Origin: Candidatus Omnitrophota bacterium
Lineage (GTDB): Bacteria; Omnitrophota; Gorgyraeia; 2-01-FULL-45-10
NCBI GenBank assembly: GCA_041661345.1
Contig: JBAZUO010000005.1
Coordinates: 3,977 to 67,976 of the forward strand
Length of the DNA stretch: 64,000 nucleotides
Direction: 5' to 3'
The notes below the pieces were generated by a model that searched no databases, was not told the origin of the DNA, and worked only from the letters and a program-made list of their open reading frames with translations. Position numbers and translations under genes: made by a program. Below are positions 55,031 to 63,326 of the stretch, piece by piece. The stretch's first letter is position 1; each line of letters opens with the position of its first letter.

Positions 55031-56041
55031 TCACCATCTCCATGCCGCGCCTGCGTAGATAGCCGACTCCTGCCGCGACGTAAGCGCTTGCAAAAAAGCC
55101 TCACCGTCCCCATTAAATATATCACGGCTTAATTTTAATTCAATACCTATATCATCGTTCGTCATACCGCTTTTGAGCCTGAATAAAATCGTGTCAGTGC
55201 CCGTAAGCCTGGCGTCCGCGCCAAAAATAATTCTTCCCGTCCTCCTATCATCGTATTGAATCTCAAAAACAAGGCCGGCGTCTTTTGAGTAATTCCATTT
55301 ACCGTATAAAATTACCGTCTTTGTTAAAGGCCTTATCCTGTTGGTCAGGCCTATTCCTATTTCATATCTGATATAGTCTTCTTTGAAGGCACCCGCAGAT
55401 ACTTTGAAATCGAAGAGAGAGTCGGTACCGCCGCCCAATAAATAAGATATACGGCCCTTGCGCCTTATATCCCAATGGCCTTTGAAAGTCAAAGCATGCG
55501 TTTTTTTCTTTTTTGTAATAAGATCCGCTTTTTCGTATTGATAAATAATCTCATTGTTTTTATCGATCTCCCATGCACCATTCAGCGTTAGTATATCGCA
55601 TCTGCCGTTTTCCTTCTTAACATGAAAAGATAATTTGTTAAATTTATCCGCTTTCCACGAGCCATCGAGATTGAGGACATATGTCGAGCGGGTGTTTTCT
55701 TTTGTCGTAGTTGTGATGGCAAACAGGAGGGAATTCGTATTAACATCAAATATCTCGCCTTCAAGCGTTATCCTATCGCCAAACGTCTTTCTCGCTGATT
55801 TATCCAGGGTAAGGCGTAGGTTGTGATCATCCGTTAAAGACCAATCGCCTTTGAGGCTAATCTGATGCGGTATTTTTTCAACTTTCGAAAGCGGCGCTTT
55901 TACATGGTAGGAGATCATATTTCCATCTACTACGAATCGGCCGTCCAGCACCTGCCGGAACTTCGACAGATCGCCTGTGCCGCCGGATCTGTCCAGAATA
56001 ACCCTATTGTAAGGATCTAATTCGTAACGCGTCCTTTGCAT
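55031..56041 (-). CDS. Uncharacterised protein built from ~8 degenerate ~40-aa beta-hairpin repeats
   Basis: 336 aa, no signal peptide. Repeating h-L-x-G-x-W-x(3-5)-(D/N)-x-L-x-F units: SLKGDWSLTDDHNLRLTL, NLDGSWKADKFNKLSFHV, TLNGAWEIDKNNEIIYQY, TFKGHWDIRRKGRISYLL, ILYGKWNYSKDAGLVFEI and others. Confidence 0.5.
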   Translation of the reverse strand: MQRTRYELDPYNRVILDRSGGTGDLSKFRQVLDGRFVVDGNMISYHVKAPLSKVEKIPHQISLKGDWSLTDDHNLRLTLDKSARKTFGDRITLEGEIFDVNTNSLLFAITTTTKENTRSTYVLNLDGSWKADKFNKLSFHVKKENGRCDILTLNGAWEIDKNNEIIYQYEKADLITKKKKTHALTFKGHWDIRRKGRISYLLGGGTDSLFDFKVSAGAFKEDYIRYEIGIGLTNRIRPLTKTVILYGKWNYSKDAGLVFEIQYDDRRTGRIIFGADARLTGTDTILFRLKSGMTNDDIGIELKLSRDIFNGDGEAFLQALTSRQESAIYAGAAWRW

Positions 56042-56057
56042 ATATCGGCCTTCTTAA

Positions 56058-56792
56058 TCATTCAGATATTTCCTGACTGGCAAGCTCCTGCAATTTTCCG
56101 CGGACGGAATCCCGTAAAGCCTCAAAGTCCGCGATCTTAAGGCCCGACGTATCGATCGGCGGCAGTATCACGAGCCTGCCGAATACTTTTGTTTTGAAGA
56201 TCCATCCGCCCTTGGGTATAGCCTCTCTTGTTCCGCCTATATACACGGGGAGCAAGCTTATCCCTTCTCTTATCGCAAGCTTGAAAGCCCCGTTCTTGAA
56301 TTCACCCATTTCATCAGAGTTACTACGCGTACCTTCCGGGAAAAATAGCATAGACACGCCCTTCCTGAGTTGCTCGGCCGCCTGACGGTAAACTTCCTTT
56401 ATGCTGCTCAGTTCTTCCCTGGAAAGCAGGATGTGGACATTTACCCATAGCAATCCACCAATGAACGGTAATTTTAGCAACTCCTTCTTCGCCACCCATT
56501 TAAAATACATATGTGTCTGATAGATCATTATAATGTCGGCTAAACTCTGATGATTGGCCACGATCACATATGTCTTGGAGTGATCGATATTTTCCAGGCC
56601 TTCGATTTTGAGTTTCCAGAACGGGTTTAACGCTATAAGCGTATCCGACCACCAGAAGCATTGCGCGTGGACAAGCCTCTCCCTATTATTGATCGGGAAT
56701 GGCATGATCTTAATGATAAGACTTGATAAGAAAGCAGAAGCAGTGATAATGACACCCGCGACCCATATCGCTATAGATATTAAAAATCTCAT
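56058..56792 (-). CDS. plsC: 1-acyl-sn-glycerol-3-phosphate acyltransferase family (PlsC/LPLAT)
   Basis: 244 aa. N-terminal TM, NHQSLADI (HX4D), FPEGTRS and GGT-region blocks. Confidence 0.82.
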   Translation of the reverse strand: MRFLISIAIWVAGVIITASAFLSSLIIKIMPFPINNRERLVHAQCFWWSDTLIALNPFWKLKIEGLENIDHSKTYVIVANHQSLADIIMIYQTHMYFKWVAKKELLKLPFIGGLLWVNVHILLSREELSSIKEVYRQAAEQLRKGVSMLFFPEGTRSNSDEMGEFKNGAFKLAIREGISLLPVYIGGTREAIPKGGWIFKTKVFGRLVILPPIDTSGLKIADFEALRDSVRGKLQELASQEISE

Positions 56793-57238
56793 TCCTTTGT
56801 TTTTCCGATTCGTAAAAGATTCAAACCGGTAGCTGGGTCTATATCTTTTGCCGCTTTAATGCCTTTCAATTCGAAGAGTACCGCCTCCACGACCAAAAAT
56901 ACCTTCGTCGCCTTCCGGACGCATCCGGTGAGTACTCTGTTCCCTTTGCCCATCGCGGTATGTATATGTATCTGGGGGCCTTTCTTATTCGCGAATATCG
57001 TACCTACACCCAAAACCTCCCATGCATCTTTAAACGCCGTCCAGTTAGCATCCGGCGGGATTACGGGCTTTTTCGGGCCGGTTACGAGATCGCCCTCCCT
57101 GAGCGCGCCTAAGAATATAAAAGTAGCTGCCTTTATCCGTTCGCGCTTTGCGAGCTTATCTATCTCATTAAGAAGGATATCCTTATCATCGAACTTGATC
57201 AGGAACACCCTCCCTATATTTCCCTTGGTATATTTCAC
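56789..57238 (-). CDS. PPC/DUF296 domain protein
   Basis: 149 aa. GRVFLIKFDDKDILLNEI...ATFIFLGAL..GDLV...HIHTAMG matches the PD1-like DUF296 pattern. Confidence 0.65.
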   Translation of the reverse strand: MKYTKGNIGRVFLIKFDDKDILLNEIDKLAKRERIKAATFIFLGALREGDLVTGPKKPVIPPDANWTAFKDAWEVLGVGTIFANKKGPQIHIHTAMGKGNRVLTGCVRKATKVFLVVEAVLFELKGIKAAKDIDPATGLNLLRIGKTKE

Positions 57239-57252
57239 AGCCTCTCCTTATT

Positions 57253-57834
57253 CTAACATCTTTTACTTTTTACCTTATTGCCTTCTGAAAATGCGTCAGC
57301 TAAATATTCACCGATCCCATAATAGCCATGATTTGCCGGATCGAATATCATCGGCTTTATCTTTTTAATATCAGGCGACCCCTTCTTATCCAAAACCGCC
57401 TCATCAGCCAATACATTCTTGATCTCGCCTATGAATAATGTATGCAATCCTAATTTAATAGTCTGGGCTAGAACACATTCCACAACAAAAGGAAATTCAT
57501 CAACATAAGGCGCGTCGACAAGGCCGCTTTTTACAGGCGTAAGCTTAGTGTTGGCAAATTTATCTTCAGTCCTGCCGGAGACCATCCCAAAATAATCTGC
57601 CTGGCTAACAAATTTTTCTGAAGGGATGCTTATAGTAAAGGCCTTTCTGGCCATGATATTGCCATAAGTATAAGTGGCTTCCCTCAAAGCAATCCCGACA
57701 GAGGGAGGGTTCGAACAACAGATACCGCCCCACGCAACGGCCATAACATTAGGCTTGTCGTCTTTATCATATGTTCCTACAATAAAAACGGGCGTCGGAA
57801 AAACAATCGTTTTTGCACCTACAGATTTTTTCAT
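57253..57834 (-). CDS. Flavin reductase-like FMN-binding split-barrel protein
   Basis: 193 aa. [38 protein letters not shown] is typical of the flavin reductase family. Confidence 0.75.
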   Translation of the reverse strand: MKKSVGAKTIVFPTPVFIVGTYDKDDKPNVMAVAWGGICCSNPPSVGIALREATYTYGNIMARKAFTISIPSEKFVSQADYFGMVSGRTEDKFANTKLTPVKSGLVDAPYVDEFPFVVECVLAQTIKLGLHTLFIGEIKNVLADEAVLDKKGSPDIKKIKPMIFDPANHGYYGIGEYLADAFSEGNKVKSKRC

Positions 57835-57861
57835 ATTCGCTTATGTTTCTCAGGTTTTGGG

Positions 57862-58434
57862 CTATACCGATTTTTTACCTAGCGTTATAGTTTTTTCGCG
57901 GATGCCTGCTTTTTTCGCTACATCTCCCGACTCGCCCGCATCAGGGACGAGAAGAGATTTGAATTTCATACCGGTATAATCGGCAGTGATCTTAAACGGC
58001 GCTTCGAGCTCCTTCAGGCCGATGTCTTCGTACGCGCTCGCGATGAGAATAAGCGTCTTCCCTTTAAGGGGTGTCTCCATAGTATCGGCCTCATTGTCCC
58101 ATTTATAGAGCGAGAACATCCTGTCGGTAATAAGCTTTAACTGCGCGCTCATCGCGAAGAAATATAGCGGCGTTGCCATTACGATCACGTCCGCATCGGC
58201 CATCTTCGCCAAAATGGGTTTAGCCTCATCATCGATAGCGCATTCATATTTATCAGATCGCTGACATGCCCTGCATGATGTGCATCCTGTGGATTTGTAT
58301 TTAAGGAATGCTGTATCCACTACTTCGACTTCGGCGCCCTTTGAACGGGCGCCTTCAGCGAACCAGCCTACAAGCGTTGCTGTATTGCCGTTTTTCTTCG
58401 GGCTTCCTGAAAGCACTAGTATTTTTTTAGCCAT
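57862..58434 (-). CDS. Iron-sulfur flavoprotein / NADPH-dependent FMN reductase family
   Basis: 190 aa. ILVLSGSPKKNGNT plus the compact Cys motif CTSCRACQRSDKYEC (CX2CX2CX7C) as in Isf proteins. Confidence 0.7.
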   Translation of the reverse strand: MAKKILVLSGSPKKNGNTATLVGWFAEGARSKGAEVEVVDTAFLKYKSTGCTSCRACQRSDKYECAIDDEAKPILAKMADADVIVMATPLYFFAMSAQLKLITDRMFSLYKWDNEADTMETPLKGKTLILIASAYEDIGLKELEAPFKITADYTGMKFKSLLVPDAGESGDVAKKAGIREKTITLGKKSV

Positions 58435-58449
58435 ATGGTTCGTTTTGTA

Positions 58450-59274
58450 TTACTTACCGGATTGTTTTTCTTCCAATGTTTTTTCTATCTCCATTACTAC
58501 CACGCGCCATTCCGTGCCATACAATCCCACGGTATCCCAGACTGCCACTTTCCTAGCGAGCGTCTTGTCCTCGAGGCCGTTGGTGTAAAAATCATACGAT
58601 CCGGCGCCGGTATTGGATAGAGCAACGGTCCTGGAAAAAGATGTGAGGCCTATAAAAGGTTTAAATAGCGGATCGGTAAATATATTCTTTCCCACCTGTT
58701 CCGGATCCGGGTCGTATATGACAAGCCCGTTCGGCTGCATTATCCATACCTTGCAGGGCTTGCCTTCCGCGAGGGGCTTCAGAAATATCTCGTGCCTTAT
58801 CAGCATCCTGACCGCTCCCAATAATTCGCCTTTGTCCGAAAATATCGGATACCCCACACTTAACGCATTGATACCCTCAGCTGAGGTATACACATTGCTC
58901 AGGACTGGCTTCTTTGCCTTTAAAAGTTCAATGACGTACGGCAGGCCGCCCCTATCGGCATCTTCATACTTTTTGTACTCTTCGGGTTCCACGGTGATCT
59001 TCAGCCCATCCGCGTTTATTACGGAACAATCCACTACATACGGCCGGAATTTGCGTAAGTTATTCAATATTTTTCGCGCTGTCTCTTCCCTCAAATCTAC
59101 GCTAGACAGCTCCTTCGCTGCGGCCTTAAGATCCTTATCTATTTCCAACAATGTAGAATTGATACCTTGTTTCACTTGCTTAAGGACCGGCATAAGGTCG
59201 CTTATTTCTTCGGCAAATACGTTTGCGCCAGCGAAGATCACTGCCATCATAACGAATACACAAAGCTTTTTCAC
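58450..59274 (-). CDS. Periplasmic stand-alone Cache-domain protein
   Basis: 274 aa, GTG start with AAGGAGG SD. Signal peptide. Cache-like core (VYTSAEGINALSVGYPIF...GAVRMLI...WIMQPNGLVIYDPD). Confidence 0.6.
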   Translation of the reverse strand: MKKLCVFVMMAVIFAGANVFAEEISDLMPVLKQVKQGINSTLLEIDKDLKAAAKELSSVDLREETARKILNNLRKFRPYVVDCSVINADGLKITVEPEEYKKYEDADRGGLPYVIELLKAKKPVLSNVYTSAEGINALSVGYPIFSDKGELLGAVRMLIRHEIFLKPLAEGKPCKVWIMQPNGLVIYDPDPEQVGKNIFTDPLFKPFIGLTSFSRTVALSNTGAGSYDFYTNGLEDKTLARKVAVWDTVGLYGTEWRVVVMEIEKTLEEKQSGK

Positions 59275-59310
59275 GCTGTCCTCCTTTTTGGTAATTTTAT
59301 TGGCGGCGTC

Positions 59311-59396
59311 CTCTCCCTTCCTTAAAGGAAGGGATACATTAAAGGGAAACGTAGTTTCCCTTTAAACAAATTTGAATTGGCGGAGAGGGAGAGATT
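59311..59396. repeat. Repeat unit A1: two hairpins, then CAAATTTGAAT, then a 19-nt copy of the tRNA-Ser 3' end
   Basis: Hairpins CCCTTCC[TTAAA]GGAAGGG (59315-59333) and AAAGGGAAAC[GTA]GTTTCCCTTT (59341-59363). 59367-59396 is identical to 59711-59740, which includes the last 19 nt of the genuine tRNA. Confidence 0.8.
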
Positions 59397-59462
59397 GTCG
59401 TTCCGGCCTCATTGCGACCACCCAGTAATAGATTTAGATTGGTCTTATTCGGCCTTCACTCC

Positions 59463-59553
59463 TTAAAGAGAAACCCAATGGTTTCTCTTTAATATATCTC
59501 TTCCTTCGCAACTTATATCCACTAGCACAGGGGAAAACAATCTTTTCCCCTGT
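59463..59553. repeat. Two further related hairpins (TTAAAGAGAAAC[CCAATG]GTTTCTCTTTAA; ACAGGGGAAAA[CAATC]TTTTCCCCTGT)
   Basis: Perfect 11-12-bp stems at 59463-59492 and 59527-59553, with the same purine-arm/pyrimidine-arm design as the A1/A2 hairpins. Confidence 0.7.
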
Positions 59554-59570
59554 AACCCCTTTCTTTAAAT

Positions 59571-59634
59571 CTCTCCCTTCCTTAAAGGAAGGGATTCATT
59601 AAAGGGAAACTTTGGTTTCCCTTTAAACAAATTT
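59571..59634. repeat. Repeat unit A2 (second copy of the two-hairpin module)
   Basis: 59571-59634 matches 59311-59373 except for one substitution (A/T) and the second hairpin loop (GTA vs TTTG). Confidence 0.8.
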
Positions 59635-59710
59635 GGGCGCTAGCCCCACCGGTTATTGCTTTATCTGTGGGCCGAAGCCAAAAAGCCGGACATATCTTTT
59701 TGGCGGAGGC
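59635..59710. other. 76-nt insertion flanked by 7-bp direct repeats CAAATTT (59628-59634 and 59711-59717)
   Basis: Relative to unit A1, the A2-to-tRNA junction is interrupted by 76 nt. The insert contains the hairpin GCCAAAAAG[..]CTTTTTGGC and the acceptor-like string GCCTCCGCCA (minus strand). Confidence 0.4.
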
Positions 59711-59721
59711 CAAATTTGAAT

Positions 59722-59812
59722 TGGCGGAGAGGGAGAGATTTGAACTCTCGAGACCTTTTGAGTCTACGCGCTTTCCAAGCGCGCGCCATAAACCGGACTA
59801 GGCGACCTCTCC
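59722..59812 (-). tRNA. tRNA-Ser(GGA), 91 nt, long variable arm, CCA encoded
   Basis: GGAGAGG UC GCCU...GGCG CGCGC UUGGAAA GCGCG UAGACUCAAAAGGUCUC GAGAG UUCAAAU CUCUC CCUCUCC G CCA. All stems pair. Confidence 0.9.
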
Positions 59813-59887
59813 TGAAAATTTTGCCAAAAATTTCATCCCGGGAACGCGCCCAAAAGAAGCGTCCGAGGAAAAACATCCTTCTGTACC

Positions 59888-61111
59888 TTAAAAATATTTC
59901 TTCAACACCGCTAATAATTTATCATTTCTGGCGAAATTCTCGGTCCGCCAGGAGTATATTATACTGCCCTTTTCCTTGGGCCATAAAGAGTTGAATGTCT
60001 CCCACCCGGAAAGCGGGCCCTTCCTGTTAACCCATGCGGGATTTTTCGTATACCGGAATATGCCGTCGGGGAAGACATTGGTCGACAGCGTCTTATACGT
60101 CCAATATGTCCAGTGGAACCCATATTCCTCGAATATATCGACACAATCTTTGACCCACTTGGCTTCGCCGAAAGACCCCCCGCGCCAATTAACCCCGAAT
60201 TCGCCTATATATAGCGGCACTTTAACCTTGTTGACGAAGCTTTCATATTGACGCGCCAAGAACGCGAGCTTGTTTCTATTCCACATCAGGTTATAAACCT
60301 TGCCGGGGTACTTAAGATCCGTTTCCCAGTTAAATACGTAATCCGGCGGCGGATACGCATGAATGCTATAGGCAGTATTGTGGTCGGTCGGCTTACCCAG
60401 GAAGCCAATCCTCTGGCCCCAGAAATTTCCTTCAAGAAATATTATATGTTTCTTGTCAGAGTCGCGGATCTCCCGCGTAACGTTATCGTATATACCTTTT
60501 AATACAAACTCATGCTCATTCGCCAATAAAGGCTCATTCAGCACATCATATCCGGCAACGGCGCTCACATCTTTATATCTATCCGCCAGAAAATGCCAGA
60601 GCCTGTAAAACCTGTCCTGGTTTAATTCATAGGCGAAAAACTCGCTCTTGCTATTTGTGCTATCCGCATGCCAGTCCGTATTCTGGGCGCCAGGCGCGGC
60701 ATGCATATCGAGTATGCAATAGATGGAATGCCTCTCACACCATTTGACGATCCTGTCGAGGTATTTCAGCCCCTCTTCGTTGAGACTGAACGGCCTGTCC
60801 TCGAATTCCACGACCCTGTAATTGAATGGAACCCTGATGCAGTTCGCGCCCCATGCCTTTATGATACCTATATCCTCTTCCCGGATAAAGACGTCCCTGA
60901 AAGACCGCGTAAAATCATCAAGCGCATCCTTCCCCAGGGCACTAGCGAAAGATGACTTAAAATCCCTCTCGGCTATACCACGGCCGTAAAGCATATAGCC
61001 TTCCATCATCAGCCACCCGCCCAGAGAAACACCCTTAAGCATCACCGGCTTTCCGGATTCATCGACTATCTTTGTTCCGCTAACTTTAAGAAACGGCAAT
61101 CTCTGTGTCAT
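59888..61111 (-). CDS. Glycoside hydrolase family 5 (cellulase-type beta-glycanase), no signal peptide
   Basis: 407 aa. GANCIRVPF, acid/base YDVLNEP, IHAY, nucleophile YIGEFG and HWTYWTYK. Confidence 0.8.
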   Translation of the reverse strand: MTQRLPFLKVSGTKIVDESGKPVMLKGVSLGGWLMMEGYMLYGRGIAERDFKSSFASALGKDALDDFTRSFRDVFIREEDIGIIKAWGANCIRVPFNYRVVEFEDRPFSLNEEGLKYLDRIVKWCERHSIYCILDMHAAPGAQNTDWHADSTNSKSEFFAYELNQDRFYRLWHFLADRYKDVSAVAGYDVLNEPLLANEHEFVLKGIYDNVTREIRDSDKKHIIFLEGNFWGQRIGFLGKPTDHNTAYSIHAYPPPDYVFNWETDLKYPGKVYNLMWNRNKLAFLARQYESFVNKVKVPLYIGEFGVNWRGGSFGEAKWVKDCVDIFEEYGFHWTYWTYKTLSTNVFPDGIFRYTKNPAWVNRKGPLSGWETFNSLWPKEKGSIIYSWRTENFARNDKLLAVLKKYF

Positions 61112-61146
61112 GGATTAATATTATATCATTCAGTGTTACTGAATCT

Positions 61147-62301
61147 CTATCGTTTTTTCGATTTCGCCGCCCGAAGATCCGGGTCGAAGTTCTCGAACTT
61201 TAAAAATTGGCATATCAGGTTAAAGGCCGGACGCAGGGTCCTGTTGCGAAGCCTCACATACAGATATAGCGGAATAAAGTCGAATCCGAGCCTTCTTTTC
61301 GGCTCGTATCCCATTATGCCCATCTCGTATTTCTTTATACCGTGCTTTATGGCCCATGTCAACGCATCCCGGAATTTCATGAAATAAAGATGATATTTGT
61401 GCGCTATCGAATAATCCAGCCCGACATAATAATCTATGAACAGATCCTTCGAGACCATGGCAAACAGGAATGTAACAAGCTTTCCGTCTATCCTCCACAG
61501 AAAAAATTTAATGCGGCCGGGCATATATCCGGATATATTTTTAAAGAATTCTATAGGCAGAATCTCAAATCCCATCTCATGCCTGGCTACGATATCGAGG
61601 TAGAGCTTGTAGACATCACATAATGTTCCATCATCCAGGGAATCTACGACCTGCATATCGATCTTAACGGTTTGTTCCACCTTCTTGAATTTTCTTCTTA
61701 GATCGTACCGGTTAGCGCCGCTTAACGTCTTCAGGTATTCCTCGAAATCCTTGTACCAGACGTTCAGCTCTGTGTTGGGAAGGCTGTCGAATTTTGTAAA
61801 ACCGTCTCTCTGGAGTGGATCAAGCATCTTCGTGTAGGTTTGATCGAAATCCTTGAAAGCGATGATGGCGGCCTTATTCTTTTTTGCTACCTGCTCCAGG
61901 CGCCGAAGGATCACTTTTAACACGTCACTGCCGTTCTCGGCAATGCCCATCCTGCCTTGCCCCATAGGCATACCGCATACCACTATTTTGAGATTGAAAA
62001 TATTAGGTTTGATCTTTTTAATGGAATTCGTGAGGCGCTTGAGCGGGCCCATCATCGTTGTATCAAGCGAATAATCCGTCATGAAAAATACCGTGGCGCC
62101 AACCGGGGCCCTGCCCTTATAAACCATTACGTAATAGATGGAAAATTGCCCCAGGCTTGATTCATCGACGGCCCTGAAAAAATCATAGCTCTCAAGTACG
62201 TCCGGATATACCTTATTCCAGTCACCCGCCGGCAACTCGGATATCCGCCTTACTACCCTGGTCCTTAACGCCGTTCTTTTGTGACGCTTTGATATTATCA
62301 A
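61147..62301 (-). CDS. GNAT-fold acyltransferase (Acetyltransf_6 / FemAB-BioF2-like)
   Basis: 384 aa. Duplicated GNAT-like halves. Overall resemblance to the DUF482/FemAB-like family. No stronger motif evidence. Confidence 0.5.
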   Translation of the reverse strand: MIISKRHKRTALRTRVVRRISELPAGDWNKVYPDVLESYDFFRAVDESSLGQFSIYYVMVYKGRAPVGATVFFMTDYSLDTTMMGPLKRLTNSIKKIKPNIFNLKIVVCGMPMGQGRMGIAENGSDVLKVILRRLEQVAKKNKAAIIAFKDFDQTYTKMLDPLQRDGFTKFDSLPNTELNVWYKDFEEYLKTLSGANRYDLRRKFKKVEQTVKIDMQVVDSLDDGTLCDVYKLYLDIVARHEMGFEILPIEFFKNISGYMPGRIKFFLWRIDGKLVTFLFAMVSKDLFIDYYVGLDYSIAHKYHLYFMKFRDALTWAIKHGIKKYEMGIMGYEPKRRLGFDFIPLYLYVRLRNRTLRPAFNLICQFLKFENFDPDLRAAKSKKR

Positions 62302-62335
62302 AATGAATGATCCCTATAAGGTTACAACAGTCCTT

Positions 62336-62539
62336 CTATTTATGCCCCTTACGCTGTGATTGATGTTTCCTGCGAACCTTATCGAAAACTTCCTTATTGA
62401 TAGCCTGCCGATCGACCGGCTTGCCTGCGGCTTTAAGTTTTTTTACCATAGCCTGTACCATTTTACGCTTAATCAGCTTATTTTCCGTTACACTGGTCTT
62501 TCTTTTACCAAATCCGCAAAAATCTTTATAAAGCCCCAT
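62336..62539 (-). CDS. Small basic protein, unknown function
   Basis: Start set to ATG at 62539 (GAGGAG SD 7 nt upstream). 67 aa, K/R-rich. Extended -10 TGTTATAAT (62586->62578) upstream. Confidence 0.45.
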   Translation of the reverse strand: MGLYKDFCGFGKRKTSVTENKLIKRKMVQAMVKKLKAAGKPVDRQAINKEVFDKVRRKHQSQRKGHK

Positions 62540-62713
62540 TACAGATCTCCTCTCTATTATTTTTATCAAGCTGTCTTATTATAACACAAAGTCGTTTCGT
62601 TACCATCATATATTAGGGCCGGAGGCCTTGCCAAAACCGGAATTGTATGGCATACTTCTAGTAGAGATATTGGAGGGGATGGAACGATAGCGAGAGCCAT
62701 CAGGCCTATCACC

Positions 62714-62743
62714 TACAAAAAGACCTTCGAAGTTAGAAGGTCT
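62714..62743 (-). terminator. Rho-independent terminator after the CxxC-x17-CxxC gene
   Basis: Minus strand: AGACCTTC[TAACT]TCGAAGGTCT followed by TTTTTG. Confidence 0.7.
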
Positions 62744-62765
62744 GTTTTGTTTATATAGCAACTCT

Positions 62766-63266
62766 TTAAGCACGGGGTTTTCGCCTTTTGGCAACCGGGC
62801 TCCTTTTCCCAAAAAACTTCTTCTTCTCTACGCCATGCGGCCTGTCGATATGGCTCATATGGGGACGCGCTTCCTCGCGGGGCCTATTATCGGCCCTATC
62901 TTTAAATGGGCTGGCAACCTTACGTTTCGAAAAACAGTCTTTACAGTATACCGGACGATCATTGCTGGGCTTAAAAGGAACTTCACACTCTTTATTGCAA
63001 TCCGCGCAGATCGCTTTATGGAGCACCCTGTCTCTGTAATTATTACCCTGCCGCGCTTCTTGCGGACGGCGGGAGGGATCGAAACGCTGGAAAGATTCCG
63101 GACCACTCTTTCTTTCAAAAGGCTTTACCTGAGACTGGCTGATCAGGGTATCTATTTTTCTCTCTAAAAAAGATATCTGCTGCTGTACCTTAAGAATGAG
63201 CTCCGCTATATCCGGCCCGGCATCAGGCGACGCGGAAACGCCTTTCTTCTTCGACTGCTTTTTCAT
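62766..63266 (-). CDS. CxxC-x17-CxxC domain protein
   Basis: 166 aa. N-terminal coiled coil, then CADCNKECEVPFKPSNDRPVYCKDCF (C-x2-C-x17-C-x2-C) and a basic tail. Confidence 0.72.
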   Translation of the reverse strand: MKKQSKKKGVSASPDAGPDIAELILKVQQQISFLERKIDTLISQSQVKPFERKSGPESFQRFDPSRRPQEARQGNNYRDRVLHKAICADCNKECEVPFKPSNDRPVYCKDCFSKRKVASPFKDRADNRPREEARPHMSHIDRPHGVEKKKFFGKRSPVAKRRKPRA

Positions 63267-63326
63267 TTTACTCCTTATTTTTTGTTTACATTATAACATG
63301 GCCGGTGCGGAATTCTAGTCTAATAA

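Noticed and set aside
54765-55125. Apparent 95-nt overlap between the patatin ORF (track start 55125) and the upstream repeat-protein gene (stop 55031).
   Set aside because: It is resolved by using the internal ATG at 55008, which has a GGGGGAG SD and yields a proper lipoprotein signal (…LPIVSGC). The 39 extra N-terminal codons are R/G-rich and implausible.
59311-59634. Possible CRISPR array, because short palindromic repeats recur in an ORF-free region.
   Set aside because: There are only two copies of the 63-nt unit, separated by 197 nt. The other hairpins differ in sequence, the repeat-spacer periodicity is irregular, and there are no cas genes in the window.
59656-59994. ORFs 59656-59994 (+, 112 aa) and 59661-59876 (-, 71 aa) in the large intergenic region.
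   Set aside because: Both run straight through the tRNA-Ser(GGA) gene (59722-59812) and the GH5 3' end. The R/K-rich translations look like artefacts of the tRNA and repeat sequence.
62606-62812. 68-aa minus-strand ORF between the CxxC-x17-CxxC gene and the small basic-protein gene.
   Set aside because: It overlaps the 3' end of the CxxC gene in another frame and reads through that gene's terminator hairpin (62714-62743). It has no SD and no recognisable motif.
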